Below, in pieces: positions 13,401-27,224 of a DNA stretch of 64,000 bases. This stretch comes from Azolla caroliniana. Taxonomy: Eukaryota; Plantae; Polypodiophyta. Under the pieces are notes generated by a model that saw only the letters and a list, made by a program, of their open reading frames with translations, was not told the origin of the DNA and did no database searches. A program made the position numbers and the translations under genes. The stretch spans positions 19,964,001 to 20,028,000 of the forward strand of contig JBHGNT010000011.1 in NCBI GenBank assembly GCA_043228905.1, given 5' to 3'. Position 1 is the first letter of the stretch, and each line of letters starts with the position of its first letter.

Positions 13401-16400
13401 TGTTGTTATGGACCTACTACTATTCATTATAAACTTTTAGCACACTCCCATATTGCAGTGGCGTCAGCAATCATGTCCCATAATAGACTTAGGGAGTTTG
13501 TTATTATTTATTATTCAGCACTACATATATCTGAAAAGCTTGTGAGACAACTTGTGAGCCTTGACTATTATCAATTTAGTTTATATATCTTTATGCCCAA
13601 TGATACCATTAGGACATGAAGAAACATCTGCGAAATTGGTTGTACATTCAAGTGTAAGTCAACAAAATGTTGTTACAAATGCTTCATTTCTAATATTTAA
13701 TCATGAAGACGCAAACATTACACCCATTGACAATAAGTTTGATTGTGAAAGTTTAACTATGTATTTTTGAAGATTTTCATTGAGATCATTGCCTAGTTGT
13801 ATACATACATGAGGAGAACTGTCAAGTGTTCAATACTTGACAAACTTTGTTGTTCCTATGAGAAATTGTGGAATGAGACAAAGAAAGGTTGAATTATGAA
13901 GAGTTTAAGTCTCATTCCACCAAATAACAATAGCTTTACACACTAGGATACAAAACTTTTAAGTGTTTGACATTTTTATAATGAGAATCGCCACATCAAA
14001 TAATTGAAATGTCATGCGTGTCTACTAGTCCAACTAGGTGGTTGTCTCTTTTCTTCAAGGTCAATGAATAAAGATAAACTTGGATGGTAGGGTTCTCTGA
14101 ATGTATGCATTGTTGTGGGGTTCTTCCCTTATGTAGAACCAAGAGTACACTGTAGTACATAACAATATGCATTCTTCTTTTTTGGGGGGGTTTGACCTAG
14201 CTTTTAAAGCAATAAGATGTAGCCATCCTAGGTTAATGGGAAATAATATGAGCTTTTTTTGGAAAAAAATAAAAAAGATGAGTATTTAGAATGACGTGCA
14301 ATAGGAAACACTATGTCCACATTATATTTTACCTTTGGATTGATACTTCCGTTGGTCCAACAATATGCAACTTTTTTTGACAATTTTGAGGTGAAAATTT
14401 ATCTTCCATGATTGTAATGTTTCATAGTAAATAATAAACTCTCCTTATCATTTTAAATATGAGGCACACACATAGTTTCATATCATGGGATCTTTTGAGT
14501 ATTTATTTTGCATATGTATATTACAATTTACAAATCCAAGCTTCAAAAGTTGGACCATACACATATTGACTTCATTTATAAAAATATCCAATCTCATTCC
14601 AATGGTCCTCAAAGATTATCTACTTTACTTTTTAATCAAACTCAAAGCTCTAGTTGTACGCATGTACACATGAGAATAGGTCAAAGCATTCGGTACTTGG
14701 GCAATATTTTGTTGTCACAAGTGCAAATTTTGCAATGGCATAAAAACAACTTCCATTATGGAGATTCTAGATCTCATTCCAACAAATAACAAAAAAAAAA
14801 TGTGAGAAAGTTAGTAGCAATGTAGAAAACAACAATAAAAATCTTTTGTATATTTAACATAGTTTTAGGGAGTCACAACAACTAAATAATATTGCATGCA
14901 TATACATGAACTCAACTAAGAGTCACTCTCTCTTTTCTTTATTTTCTTTCTGGATACATGAATATTGAAAAACTTAAAACAATGAGCAAAGGTTTGCCTG
15001 AGTACAAAGTGGTACATGTGCATTCTTATCATTTTTAGTGTTTGATGTAGATTTTTAAGGTGAATAAGATGTAGGCACATTAGCTAAGGAGAAGTATCAT
15101 AAGCCGCGAGGACCAAATAAAAATAAGCTACAAGGTAAAATGTTACTGCCAATAATTGTGTTGATGCAATAATCTAGACACAAACACACGCATACAAACA
15201 GAAACCAACAATCACGTTTGGTTTGCTCAAAAAGTATTCATGGGGGACAAAAATTTGGGGATTGATGCAACTCGTTTCTTTTGAAGTGAAAAACTCGTGA
15301 TTTCAAACATACATATATTGATTATTTTCTTTTTGTCGAACTAGCGTGAATTCAATAATGGAAGTGCCGTACCTTATAAATTAATATTCATTGTTTTGGA
15401 AGCATCGTATATTTTTGCGCACAGAAGTGAGTCAAGATGTGGAAGAATATTTCCATGATTGTGATGCCAAACATGCTTTACACAAGATGTGTATATGTGT
15501 GTTTTCCTATGAGTTTTGCTCGTGGGAAGAGCAAAAAACCTAGCAGTTCATTAACTCTTTTCGTATTCACATTTTTACATGTATGGAGAAGAGAACAACA
15601 CAAAAGCATTTAAGAAGGGGAAAAGGGTATGTATGAATATCATTATTTATCTTGTAAGTAGTTGGTTGATACAACATGTAAACAAAAGCATTACACGCAT
15701 GGGCACATCATTAAGTTACTTTTGAATGGGAAAAAGCAAAAGAAAAGAAGAAAACGAATTATAAAAGGTGTAGCATACGCTAACTTTAGTTGATGGTTAT
15801 CTTGCTTTTGCTAGAAATAATTTGAACTCCAAGGTTTTTGTAGGTCTAAAATTAGACACGTTTTTATAAATAGCCCTTGTGCCCAAGGTGTGCATTAGGA
15901 GGCATGGAGGCTAAATTATTATGTGGCCACCACCATTTATTTCTTTATGGAATAATGTAGAATATGAGCTTCAAACACTTGGGTCTTATTTTAGATGCCA
16001 CCAAGATCATGAGACCACAAGTCTTTAAGGATTGAATTGTTCCACTCAAAGTTATTGCTTAGATGTTAACAATGACTCTAGAGACGTGTTTCCATTGAGA
16101 TGGTGTATCCACGCATGATAAAAGCGTGGAATTCTTTTGGTGATGTTTGGTTAGGGAGCCCAGAGGATTTTATGTTGAACAAAACATTAACAATGATCAA
16201 GTGGTCCTATAAGATGTGTGAAATGCATTGGTCTTTGTGTATATGCACATGATGTCACAACATTTATTTTACAAGTGGGCCAACATCCCGTTATTTCTCT
16301 AAACTAATCACATTGTTTGAGGTATGCATTACCTTTGTAAGTTTTGAGGCTCACAATCATGGATTCCTCAACGTGTTTGAAAAGGGAGTTCTTAAGTGAT

Positions 16401-18902
16401 GAGGATTAGATTTTTTTGAGGTGTATAGACCAGTAAGTATCTCATGTCCGGAGCAGCCTTATTTGAGATGATAATGTTTGAAATCTCATTCGCATATGGA
16501 TAATGGACACTCTTTTAGGAAATTTGCCAAACCTAAATTTGAAGCAAATTGCTAGGCTAGCTAAAAGTCAAATTGTTTGTTTTAATTAGAATTTTAATTA
16601 ATTATTCATGGCTTCCTTTATTAGACCATCCCTAAGAGTATCTTAAGTATAGGTTTAATTGTTTGCCAATTGTGGTTTGTGGACTATCTCTAGGATATCC
16701 AACAATGTTGCATACAATTTAAGGGCCACATGTATAGTCTAGTTTAGATCCAAATCTAGTATCAATTGATTGGTCTTTATGTTTCTTATTATGCCTTCAT
16801 CACCCAAGTGGTATGTATAGGTTAGCATGTTGCCTCGTTAATGTAATATTGTTGCCAACATTTAGGAAAGAAAGACGCAATTATCTTTAGATTAGAATAG
16901 AAATGCATGTATTTCTAGGTGATTGTACTCTTTTAATAGTAAAGCTTAAACCATCTACTTTAATTCATCCATACACCATTTTCAACCCATGGTTGTGACA
17001 CAAAAACATTTAAAAATATCAAGCACCAAAACACCAAAACAAAATATCAATTTACAATTAAAATTAAGGTGTTCTTGCGGAGATATGTCTCTTACAATAT
17101 GTGCACTGGATATAATGTCAATAGAATCTCGACTAGAGAAAATCACAACAATGATGCATTCATTATGAACTTGTCCATTAACTCAAGAGGAATCTTGGAC
17201 CCAGGTTCCAAAACATGTACTTTGGAAAAATCTTTGGTTGTCTCTTACCCAATAATGTATATGGGGATGCCCTCTTTTTCCATCGTATCCACTTTTGGGC
17301 ACGATGCATCATTTGATATCTCAAAATCACGTGTTATTTGGCCAATCGCGTTTTGGTGACTTTCATTTTGTCGCCTCTTTGAGACAATTTCCTTAGGATT
17401 GTCTAAATTTGATGAAATCCTTCTAGAAATATTTTAGCTTTATTTTAATTGTTTTTGAAAGATAATGTTTTGCATATCCATTGATTTTGTGGGTTTTTAA
17501 TGAATTGAGCTTTCTCACTAATAATATATATATATTGCAAAAAAAGTAAAACAAAATATCAATTTAAATCAAGTTTTTTTTAGTGGACTGAAACCAAATA
17601 TAAAAAATTTATAGGCACATAACCTAGAAGAGCAATTGAACGTTCTTATGTAGACATAAATAACATTTTTTGCCTTGCTTAGATCATAAATTAGTCCATG
17701 ACGCTTTTTGACCTATTAAAAGGTAAAATCCATAGGGATCTCCTAAAGAAATAGAAGTCGTCATTTATTAGGAGAAACATCTGGTTGAACATTATTTACA
17801 TTCTGTATAAGGTATTTGGTGCAATTAATGTGTTACGATGGAAAATATTGTTTTGATTTTCAAATGAGATGTAAACCTCCATAGAGTACACCATATTATA
17901 TTATAAATAAAAATTATGTGTGTGTTTGTACTAACACACATTGTCACGTTCCATGCATTCATTTTTTATACAAATAAAGGAGACTAATAAGAGCTTAAAT
18001 GCTACATGATTTGCAAGATCTAACTATAAATCCATTTTTCTTGAGAATCCAAGGTTGACATTGTATTGTAGTTCCATCAATCCCATCACCCTTTTTAATA
18101 AAACATCGCAAGAAGATTTTAATACTAGTGAAGAAAATCTTTCAAGGAAAAAAAAAACATCCCAAGATGTTTACTAGTGTCAATGTGAAGCAACTTGTGA
18201 AGGGTGTGGCCACAAGTATATAAATTTATAGTGTTAGAAGGCTTGAGAAGTTGAAGAAAATTGACATCCACCTACTCTTTGTAGTTTCATCTAAAGTTTT
18301 GATATATGTAGTTATGCTCAAAACCTCAACAAAGTGGACCAAGGGACTCAAGCAATTGCCATGCATCAATTCTTGTATTTGCAATGCTACCTTATGCTCA
18401 AGCTCAAACTAAGGACAAAACCATACGGCTTCAATTGAAAAACAATTTGAACATTGTACACCAAACTCACAATTCACAAAATAAAGACACCCTTTGGGAG
18501 GTGGGTGGTAATTTATGTTTAGATAAATATGTTTAATAAGGAATCTTAGGCATAAGCATATACTAGATCCACTCATAGAACAATGGGATGGTATGGATTT
18601 GCCCCCAATTAAAAATCTGGATGCGGAAGTTGATGTCACTTTGTTTCATCAACTCCTAACTCTTGAAGTGACCTTACTCATCTAAACTCTCATCTACGAG
18701 TTTAGTAGATTGGAACGCCATATCATCCTTATGACCCAAGGGAGCTTAGATAATCTGTGGTGCTAGGATCAAAGCAAAGAACAAAATAAAAGGGATAAAG
18801 AGAACAACGAAAGAATGTGATTGTATTGACAAGAAGAGTAGGATTGCAAGAATATGTTGAGTTGAATGGGAATGATTCATCAATAACTAGCTTACATACC
18901 AT

Positions 18903-18985
18903 GGTTGGACATGTCCATGCTTGCCACCTCACATCTAGGAATGAACACCACATTGGCATTCATGCAAGCATGCCATTTTGCAATC
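18903..18985 (+). pseudogene. Possible SWIM zinc-finger remnant of a Mutator-like transposase
   Basis: WTCPC...GI(P)CKHAI-like motif readable only across stops and a frameshift; no other transposase motifs confirmed. Confidence 0.25.
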
Positions 18986-19884
18986 GTGCATTAGCATGTG
19001 TGAGATGGCAACATCTCATAATAAGTCTATGTCAAACATAAATAAAAGGATAGTCTATTAGTTAAAGCTTTGATATAAACAATGGAGACTATGGGTTTAA
19101 GTACCCCTACAAGAGAAAGAGTCTTACGAGTCACAATGCATGAACTAGGACTCGACTTACTCGTTTATATCAAAGAGAAAATTCAACGACTACTTCAATG
19201 TCGTTAGTGAGTGTGAAAGCGTTTTTAGAATTCAAGCTATTGAACTCTAGAATAATATAAGGTATGGGGCATCAGCATTTGGAGGGCAAGAACACGACCC
19301 AATATCTTAAGGAGAAGTCAAACTAAAAGTATGAGACACGGAGAAAAGTGAAAAACGAAAAAGCGGGCCACCTAAAAATAGTTCGAAAAGAATGGTCATA
19401 ACTCTTTCATTTGTAGCCAAAATATCATGTTCAAATATAGGTTAGAAAGCTGGTAAAGAGAGCTATCTTTAGCTTTTTATATCTCTAAATTTGGATCTCA
19501 AATAGGGAGATATGAGGATGAGAAGGGTGTTGTGCCATAACTAAAAATAGGATTCGATGAAAAACTTCTATAAAAAGCGTGAAAAAGAGAGGAAGTATAA
19601 GTGAAAAGAAGGAGATGATGGAAGGATTTGTATGAGTTTGGGTGATAGGAAATCAAGTAGTTCTTTAGTTTTCTGGTTGTATTTGGAGTTTATCTAGTGG
19701 GTATTGTTTCCATAATAGAATATTAGAAGCATTCTTGTCTCTTTCTTTTCTCTTTATTTATCTTTTCTCGATAATCTATTATTGTCAAGAATAGTACTCA
19801 AAACAGAGAGAGAATTAGTATTAGAGAAGGAAAGTACTATGAGGATTAGTACTAAGAGGAAGGGAGTGTGTAAGACTCACGAGA

Positions 19885-20383
19885 GATAGGTAGATAGATA
19901 GATTATATTATCGTCTTCGGAGGTCAAATATGACCTATGAGACCAAAAAATATTATATTTCACGTGATACGTGTGAAAGTGAGTAGTGACTCTCGATGTT
20001 CAAGAACTTTACCAATGAATGTTGCAATCGAGAGTGCACATTGTGGTTGTGAGAGGAATTCATGCAAAGATTGGGCTCGGTCGAAGAGATATGGAAAGCA
20101 TGGTCGAATATGATCAAAGGCAGAGCATTGTATCAAAGTGTGATACTCAGACTTGCGAACTTGTTTAGGGCAAAGTGTGCATAGCTGACCACTCTCATCA
20201 CTTGTGCCCCAACGCCCTGTTTCACATCGCAATGCATGTGAGCTAAGTCGCATGGAAGCAATGGTTCGAATGGCAGATAATGGTATGGGCTCTAACATGT
20301 ATCGATGTGTACGATTTCCCTGTTCTGCAAAGAATATGGTTTTGTAGTTAGGTGCAACATGTGTAGTATAATGTGTGAAGCGT
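19885..20383 (-). mobile_element. LINE fragment 3 of 3: ORF C-terminus with CCHC knuckle, 3'UTR and tail
   Basis: RLSSHALRCETGRW...CTLC...EYHTLIQC, stop at 19960, AGGTCA-TATT-TGACCT hairpin, (TCTA)n-like tail. The frame rejoins fragment 2 as KCGGSRFTHY once G1 is removed. Confidence 0.85.
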
Positions 20384-21848
20384 TGTCGCGAAGTTTCGCG
20401 CACGTGTGTTACTTGGGCGGGACCACGGGGGTCTTGGACTAGGGAGTACTCAAGGGATAGAGAAGACCCGAGGTTTGATTTACGACAATACTACTTCCCG
20501 ACCCCTTCCCGAGCAAGGTCTCGTTTCCCTTTATTTTGTGAGGCCGGTGGCTCTCGTTGATCACGACTCGTCGACCTTTCGAGATCACCGCACGAGCCAA
20601 GTGACCAAACGGGTACAAACAAGATGAGCACGCAACATGAACGCACAAGGGGACGATAACACAAACACGAATGTCCGTACGTCTTTATGACGAGGAGAGG
20701 TGCATGGGCATGTTCGAACGCTCCCTCGTCACAAGACGTCGAACGTACGAGGAAGACACAAAACACATGCACAAATGCTCGTACGCCTTTATGAGGAGGA
20801 GAGGTGCATGGGCAAGCCCGAACGCTCCCTCGTCACGAGACGACTGAACGTACAAGGAAGACACAAACACAAGCACAAAATGCTCGTACGCCTTTATGAG
20901 GAGGAGAGGTGCATGGGCAAGCCCGAAACGGTCCCTCGTCACGAGACAACCGAACGTACAAGGAAGACACAAACACACGCACAAAATGCTCGTACGTCTT
21001 TATGAGGAGGAGAGGTGCATGGGCACGCCCGAAACACCCCCTCGTCACAAGACGGTCGAACGTACAAGGAAGACACAAACACACACACAAATGCTCGTAC
21101 GCCTTTATGAGGAGGAGAGGTGCATGGGCAAGCCCGAACGGTCCCCTCATCACAAGACGACCGAACGTACAAGGAAGACACAAACACACACACAAATGCT
21201 CATATGCCTTTATGAGGAGGAGAGGTGCATGGGCAAGCCCGAACGGTCCCCTCGTCACAAGACGGCCGAACGTACAAGAAAGACACAAACACACGCACAA
21301 AATGCTCGTACGCCTTTATGAGGAGGAGAGGTGCATGGGCAAGCCCGAACGGTCCCCTCGTCACAAGACGACCGAACGTACAAGGAAGACATGAATAAAG
21401 AAAGAAGGAGAGAAAGAAACACAAATGATATCGACCAAAGAGATAAATACGTGTTCGATTCCAACGCAAGAGGACCCTTTATAAAATAGGGTTTTGTTTA
21501 CAATGGCAACTTATAGTTAACCACAAGCTCAATCAAAACATAAATATTAAATGCCCTTAGAGACAAAAGCAAATCCGAACACGGCGAAGATGAACACACG
21601 AGCACCACCAAAATGCCAATCCCAACGAACCACGACCACCCGAACGGCGAGCACATGGGCTCGCAACGACGAACGGGGCGGAGCAACGTCGAACCAACGA
21701 AGCTTGGGCTCACGAGCACTTCGAGTGCCGACACGAAGAAGACGAGCATGTGGCGATGGGGGGATGAAGGGGTATGAGATGAAGAGAAGTGGTGAATAAG
21801 GAGATGAAGAGCTTCGAAGGAAAATTGACGATAGTCTCCTCCTCCCTA
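20384..21848 (-). repeat. G1 3'LTR (U3 side deleted) containing 7 copies of a ~105-bp tandem unit
   Basis: Collinear with the 5'LTR up to AGTCTCCTCCTCCC. TTTATGA unit anchors at 20684, 20788, 20893, 20999, 21104, 21209 and 21315. Confidence 0.88.
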
Positions 21849-24587
21849 GGCAATAGGAAGCCATCCCCAACAATCTGGAGCTTCTGTCGCGTCTCGTCGG
21901 TGAACCGGTGCCCTATGCCTCGTGGGTCCCGCAAGCTAGGATCAACCGCTACCCCCTTTATCCAATCCCAACTATCGTTAGGCAATGGGGCAGCCACAGG
22001 CTTCACCTTCTTGTCCACGGTCTTGTACTTTGTTTGCACCTTGATCGTCCTTGCTTCCTCAATCAACCGCCCAAGCTCTTCGATGGCGGTGTACATGTCA
22101 ACTGAGTTGATTGGAATTACCTTGTTTTCATTGAGGCTCGAAACGACACTACCCTCTCCATCTCTCTGAGAGTGTCGTCGAATGAGACCGCCTCCATGGC
22201 GCCGCTTATGGTGTCATCTTCCCCCAATAAATTACATTGTTTGAGATACCTTTCGTATCTCTTGGCCCTAGACTTATCTCTATCACTTAAACTAGTAATT
22301 TTACAAGCTCCATTTTTGGAGAACGAAAATTGTTTCGTATTACATTTAATAGTTTTACAAGGGTTTAGGGTCTTAGTTTGCCTCGGGATATTGTGGCCCC
22401 ACTCTTTAATAGCCCGAATAAAAAATCCTCTTGGCTATCCTCTTGGCTATCCCCTTTGAGGGAGGCTCGATTGCGCTCATGGTTGGGCCTCACTATAAGG
22501 AATTGGACCGAATGCTTCCCATCTTGGCTCTTGACCCTCGCATATGCCGACCCGTTGTCCAGCACCTTCGTCTCCATGCGAGCCGCCGTGATGTATGGTT
22601 CACCCAAGATGACTGGGTGCGAGGACGTCTCTTGAACAAAGAAATGTTGATCTATTTCTACGTCCCCCACCTTCACACGTACATTCGGGCAAGCCCTGTA
22701 TAGCTCCTCGGTTGCTCAGGTCGCCGCTCTAATCTTCCACCCGTGCTTCATGTTGATCGACCACTTTCCCTTTTTATAAAAGTCCATGGACAAAAGGTTG
22801 ATCTCAGAGCCATGGTCGATCAATGCTACCACCGGCTCTTTTACATCTCCGACCCGTACCGGTGTCTCCGTTGTCGCTCTCACCCAATGCGGCCTCGTGT
22901 AGTGACTGTCCGCATAGTCTTTGTCTTCCTTGGGGACCTCAGTTGACAATGCATTTACAATCGCGGGTTTTGCCACTTCTTGCTCCGTTGAGAGCCGCTT
23001 CCTCTTCATTAGGTCAATGATGACCTCGTGGAATTCTTTCTTGGCAATTCCGAGGACCTCTCGCAGAGTAAACTCTACGCGACTATTGAGGATCCTCTCC
23101 TCCACTACCTTCTTCAAGTCCGTTGCTTGTTCGATCTCCGAGCAAAGCTTGAAGTTGGGGGGTTCCCCTTCTCTTTCCATCTTTCGTCGCGTGCTTGAGA
23201 TTGGTTCGGCTCTTCCCTTCTTCGTGCACCTCGAGCGTCGTATTTCCTTGATGGACCGGCTCCCTCGTCATTTCCTACCTTCTTCTCTTCTACCATTACT
23301 TCGTAGTTTTGGCAAGCGGGTTCCACTAAGCCTGTCTTTTCTTCCACCGGATCCATCCACCCGGTTGCTTCTTGAACCCTTCTTTCTGCTTCGTCCGCTT
23401 CTTCTCTTTTGAACTTCCCCTTAGAGAGGCTTCCAAGGATTGTCGGCTAAAAGTCAAACTCTTTCTCCTCTTGCCTCCTCACCTCTTTCCCCACTCGGAT
23501 CCCCGCTGACGCCGAGTAGTGGACGGCTTCAACATGTCGTGCTTCGGCCTCCTCCATTAGCCTTCTCATGCCCCCTCGGCCTTGATTCAATCCCAAGGGA
23601 TGCCTTGTCTCCGTCGAATAGACCCTATTGTTCCAAAGATAGACAATATCCTTTCTTAGGGCCTCTTGAAAGTCTCCACACTCCCTTCATAGGTGGTCGG
23701 GGTTGTCGCACCACATACATCTTTGCGCGAACGGGGGACGCCGATCTTGAGGGCCGCCACTCTCTCTCCTAGCTTGCGCTATTTGGAGATCTCGCACCAT
23801 CTTTGTGAGCTCGTCTATTGCCGACCCTCCCAACGGTGCTTCAACCACGTTTCTCTCGGGGATGAACCTTGCATTTACTTGCTCTCTTTCTTGAGGTATT
23901 CTACCACCCCTGGGTTCGTGTGTCTCACTAATGGAGCCTGTGGATGTTTGGCCGCTCAACGGAGACATGTCATTCCATTCCCTTCTCTTATCGAAGCGGC
24001 TACAAACCCGTTTTACCCTAGCCCAATCCGTCGTGAGCCCATCATCAGTTTCGAGGAGGGACCCCACCTTCTCTCGGTCTCGTGCATCAACAATCTTTAT
24101 GAATAGTAGGACCTTGCTTGTGTCAAGCACCATCCTATCGAGCGTCGAGCGTCAAGAGTTGTGCGAAGCGCTTCTCAAATTCTTGTAAAAGTACCATAGT
24201 ATTTCTCACCTTGCCGGGAAGCTCAACCCACTCCATTGGATCCCTTTTCGAAATTCTGAGTGAGTCATCAAGGCCGTACTTCTCAAGGAGTCTTTCTTTG
24301 AACTCCACCCAATTGCAACAGTCCGCTTGGATCTCGAGTACCTCCGTGTGGATACTCGGCGTTACCACTCTAGCGAATCCGGTTAGCTGCCTATCTTCGG
24401 GGACGTTTGGCATAAGCATTTCGGCCTTATAGGCATCCAAGTAGCTCGTGATATCTCTTCCATTGAACCGACCCATTGTGCTGACCACCGTCTCTATGGC
24501 CTGGTCTAGGCCGGTGATGCCTTCTCGGGCATTTACCAAGCGGTCCACCACCGCCGCCATCGCTTCAGCGAGTTCTCCTCCTCGCAT
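21849..24587 (-). pseudogene. G1 degenerate gag-PR and start of pol
   Basis: ORF pieces homologous to G3: CMWCDNPDHL knuckle, LIDHGSEIN protease, TKYKTVDKKVKPVAAPLP. Several stops and frameshifts. Confidence 0.88.
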
Positions 24588-24669
24588 CTTGGTTCTCCCT
24601 TGCTGCCCTTTCACGTCGAGTTCACCAATTTATGTCGTGACGTTTCGCGCACGTGTGTTACTTGGGCGG

Positions 24670-25539
24670 TGTCGTGCCTTTCGGCTCCGGATCGTTTGCG
24701 TGAGTCGGGTGGGAACCACCGGGGTTTTGGACTAGGAGGAGGAAGAATTTGAGGCTAATCTAGTTATGAATATGAATAGATTATAAGAAAGAGATATAGA
24801 AACTTGTGAATCCCACAAGTATAATTGTTTTAGTTTATCTAAATCGTAGTAATAAATTGAAATAATTTAGAATAGATTAGAGTAGATTGAGAAAAGAGAT
24901 CAAACCTTGTGAATCCCACAAGTATTACATTAATCAATATTTATGTAAGAATATGAATTTAGATTGAAAGAGATAGATTATCTTAAACTTCGTGAATCCC
25001 ACGAGTATATTTTATTGATTGTTGGTGTTTTAGGAAATATATCCAATTTCCCAAATATTTTTCACACACCTATTACATTGTGCTCCCCATCCTTATGTAG
25101 TGATGGGAGAGACTAAGCATAGCTACATGCTTTTTTTTCTAATATGTTCATGCACACTAAATGTGCATGTGATGCTTTTCTAATCCTTGCTTTTATTTGC
25201 TAAATATAGTGCTCATGCACGCTAGATGTGCATGAGTCACTTTTTAGTCGCTTGCGTTTTTCTATAAAATATTCACGCACTCTAAAAATACATGATTTAC
25301 CTTTTAATAAAGGTAGGCGCAAATAAAGCACTTATAGTTATTAAATCTATTTATAGAACACTAAAGATAAGGTAGCATAATGGTAAAGTTGAGGTTTGGC
25401 TACGTGGAGGTACAGGGTTCGAATCCTGCCATATGCACGTGATAAATATCTTGATATATTATTTTATTTATTTATATGTAATTAAATCGGTTATATTATT
25501 TTTTACTTTTTCACGTAGTGTACGAAATACACTACGACA
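24670..25539 (-). mobile_element. S1: solo LTR (870 bp) of the same Gypsy lineage
   Basis: TGTCGTG...TACGACA with perfect 4-bp TSD GCGG; the empty site is visible in the G1 3'LTR (CTTGG GCGG GACC). Related to the G2 LTR, which gives the orientation. Confidence 0.92.
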
Positions 25540-25971
25540 GCGGGACCACGGGGGTCTTGGACTAGGGAGTGCTCAAGGGATAGAGAAGACCCGAGGTTTG
25601 CTTTACGACAATACTACTTCCGAACCCCTTCCCGAGCAAGGTCTCTTTGCCCTTTGTTTCGTGAGGCCGGTGGCTCTCGTTGATCACGACTCGTCGACCT
25701 TTCGAGATCACCGCATGAGCCAAGTGACCAAACGGGTACAAGCAAGATGAGCATGCAACATGAATGCACAAGGGGACGATAACATAGACACGAATGTCCG
25801 TACGTCTTTATGAGGAGGAGAGGTGCATCGGCAGGCCCGAATGCTCCCTCGTCACAAGACGTCGAACGTACGAGGAAGACACAAAACACATGCACAAATG
25901 CTCGTACGCATTTATGGGGAGGATAGGTGCATGGGCACGCCCGAAACGCCCCCTCGTCACAAGACAACCGG

Positions 25972-27224
25972 TGTCGTGCCTTTCGGCTCCGGATCGTTGC
26001 GTGAGTCGGGTGGGAACCACAGAGGTCTTGGACTAGGAGAAAGAAGTTCGTGAGATAGAGATTAGTTATGAGTAAATAGCAAAGAGAAAGATAAGAAACT
26101 CGTGAATCACACGAGTATACTATATTAATTGGTACTTAGGGTGTTAAGAGAGAAGTAGATGTATAAATCGTGAATCCCACGAATAATTTTTGTATTGATT
26201 AATACTTAATCCAAATAATCAACAACCCTTTATATATTTCTCTCCTCCTTATATAAGGAAGGAAGAGCTAAGCATGGCTTCATGCTTTTACAAAAAGTGT
26301 TCATGTCCACTAAATGTGCATGTGATGCTTTTTTTTTATTTCCTAACGCTAGATGTGCATGAGTTATTTTTAGTGTCTCGTGTTTTTTCTTTTTCATATA
26401 TTAAAAAAATACACGATTTACCTTTTAATAAAGGTATGCATAAATAAAGGTCTTATACGTATTAAATCTATATTTAAAACACTTAAGATAAGTTAATGTA
26501 ATGGTAAGGTTGGGGTTTGTGTTCGAATCACGCCCTGCGCAGTAGTGAGTATTTCCTTTTTTTTTTTTTACATTTATGTCTCTTTATCCGGCTCTTCCTT
26601 GCCGGTATGCCGTTTTCTTCCTTGCCGGTATGCCGTTTTCCTCCTTGCCGGTATGCCGTTTTCTTCCGGTTCTCACCGAGCACTCCATTCTCTATCCGGA
26701 GGGACAAAAATATAATTTCCACATAGTGTGCAACCTACACTACGACACTCGCCCCCTCCAAACCCGCACATCCTCCGGTATGTGCCGAAGTTCTTGATTC
26801 TTCGTATCCGTCTTCATCCGAAGATTCCTCCGATTCTCCCCTTATGTCGACTATGAGTTGTAATCCACTTTCTTCGCTTCCCGCATCATTGTGGTCTTCG
26901 TCCGATTGCTCCTCGTTGTCGGCCTCGACTTGGATCACATAAGGTTTGTCGTCGATCCGCTTCTTGAAAATCTTCACCCGCTTCCCGGCTATAGGCACTC
27001 GTAGTATTGTTCCATCCAACTCGGACAGTCGGTACGTCCCGTTGTCGAAGACCTTCCGAACCTCGTACGGCCCGAACCACCTTTTCGTGAATTTCCGCAT
27101 CGTTGTATGCCGTTTTCCTCCTTGCCGGTATGCCGTTTTCTTCCGGTTCTCACCGAGCACTCCATTCTCTATCCGGAGGGACAAAAATATAATTTCCACA
27201 TAGTGTGCAACCTACACTACGACA
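25972..27224 (-). mobile_element. G2: Gypsy deletion derivative (full 3'LTR 25972-26747, PPT, integrase tail, first ~120 bp of 5'LTR)
   Basis: Perfect TSD CCGG, KFTKRWFGPY (GPY/F) integrase tail, PPT AGGGGGCGAG next to the LTR, duplicated LTR end at 27104-27224. Confidence 0.9.

Noticed and set aside
19199-19885. Possible older LTR starting TGTCG into which the LINE inserted
   Set aside because: No second terminus, TSD or PBS visible in the window.
20670-21391. Regular repeats resembling a CRISPR array, with long repetitive ORFs
   Set aside because: Units are contiguous with no unique spacers and sit inside an LTR; the ORFs arise because the unit length is about a multiple of 3.
25371-25436. 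Functional tRNA gene
   Set aside because: A/B boxes are present but no convincing acceptor or anticodon stem; kept only as a tRNA-like segment.
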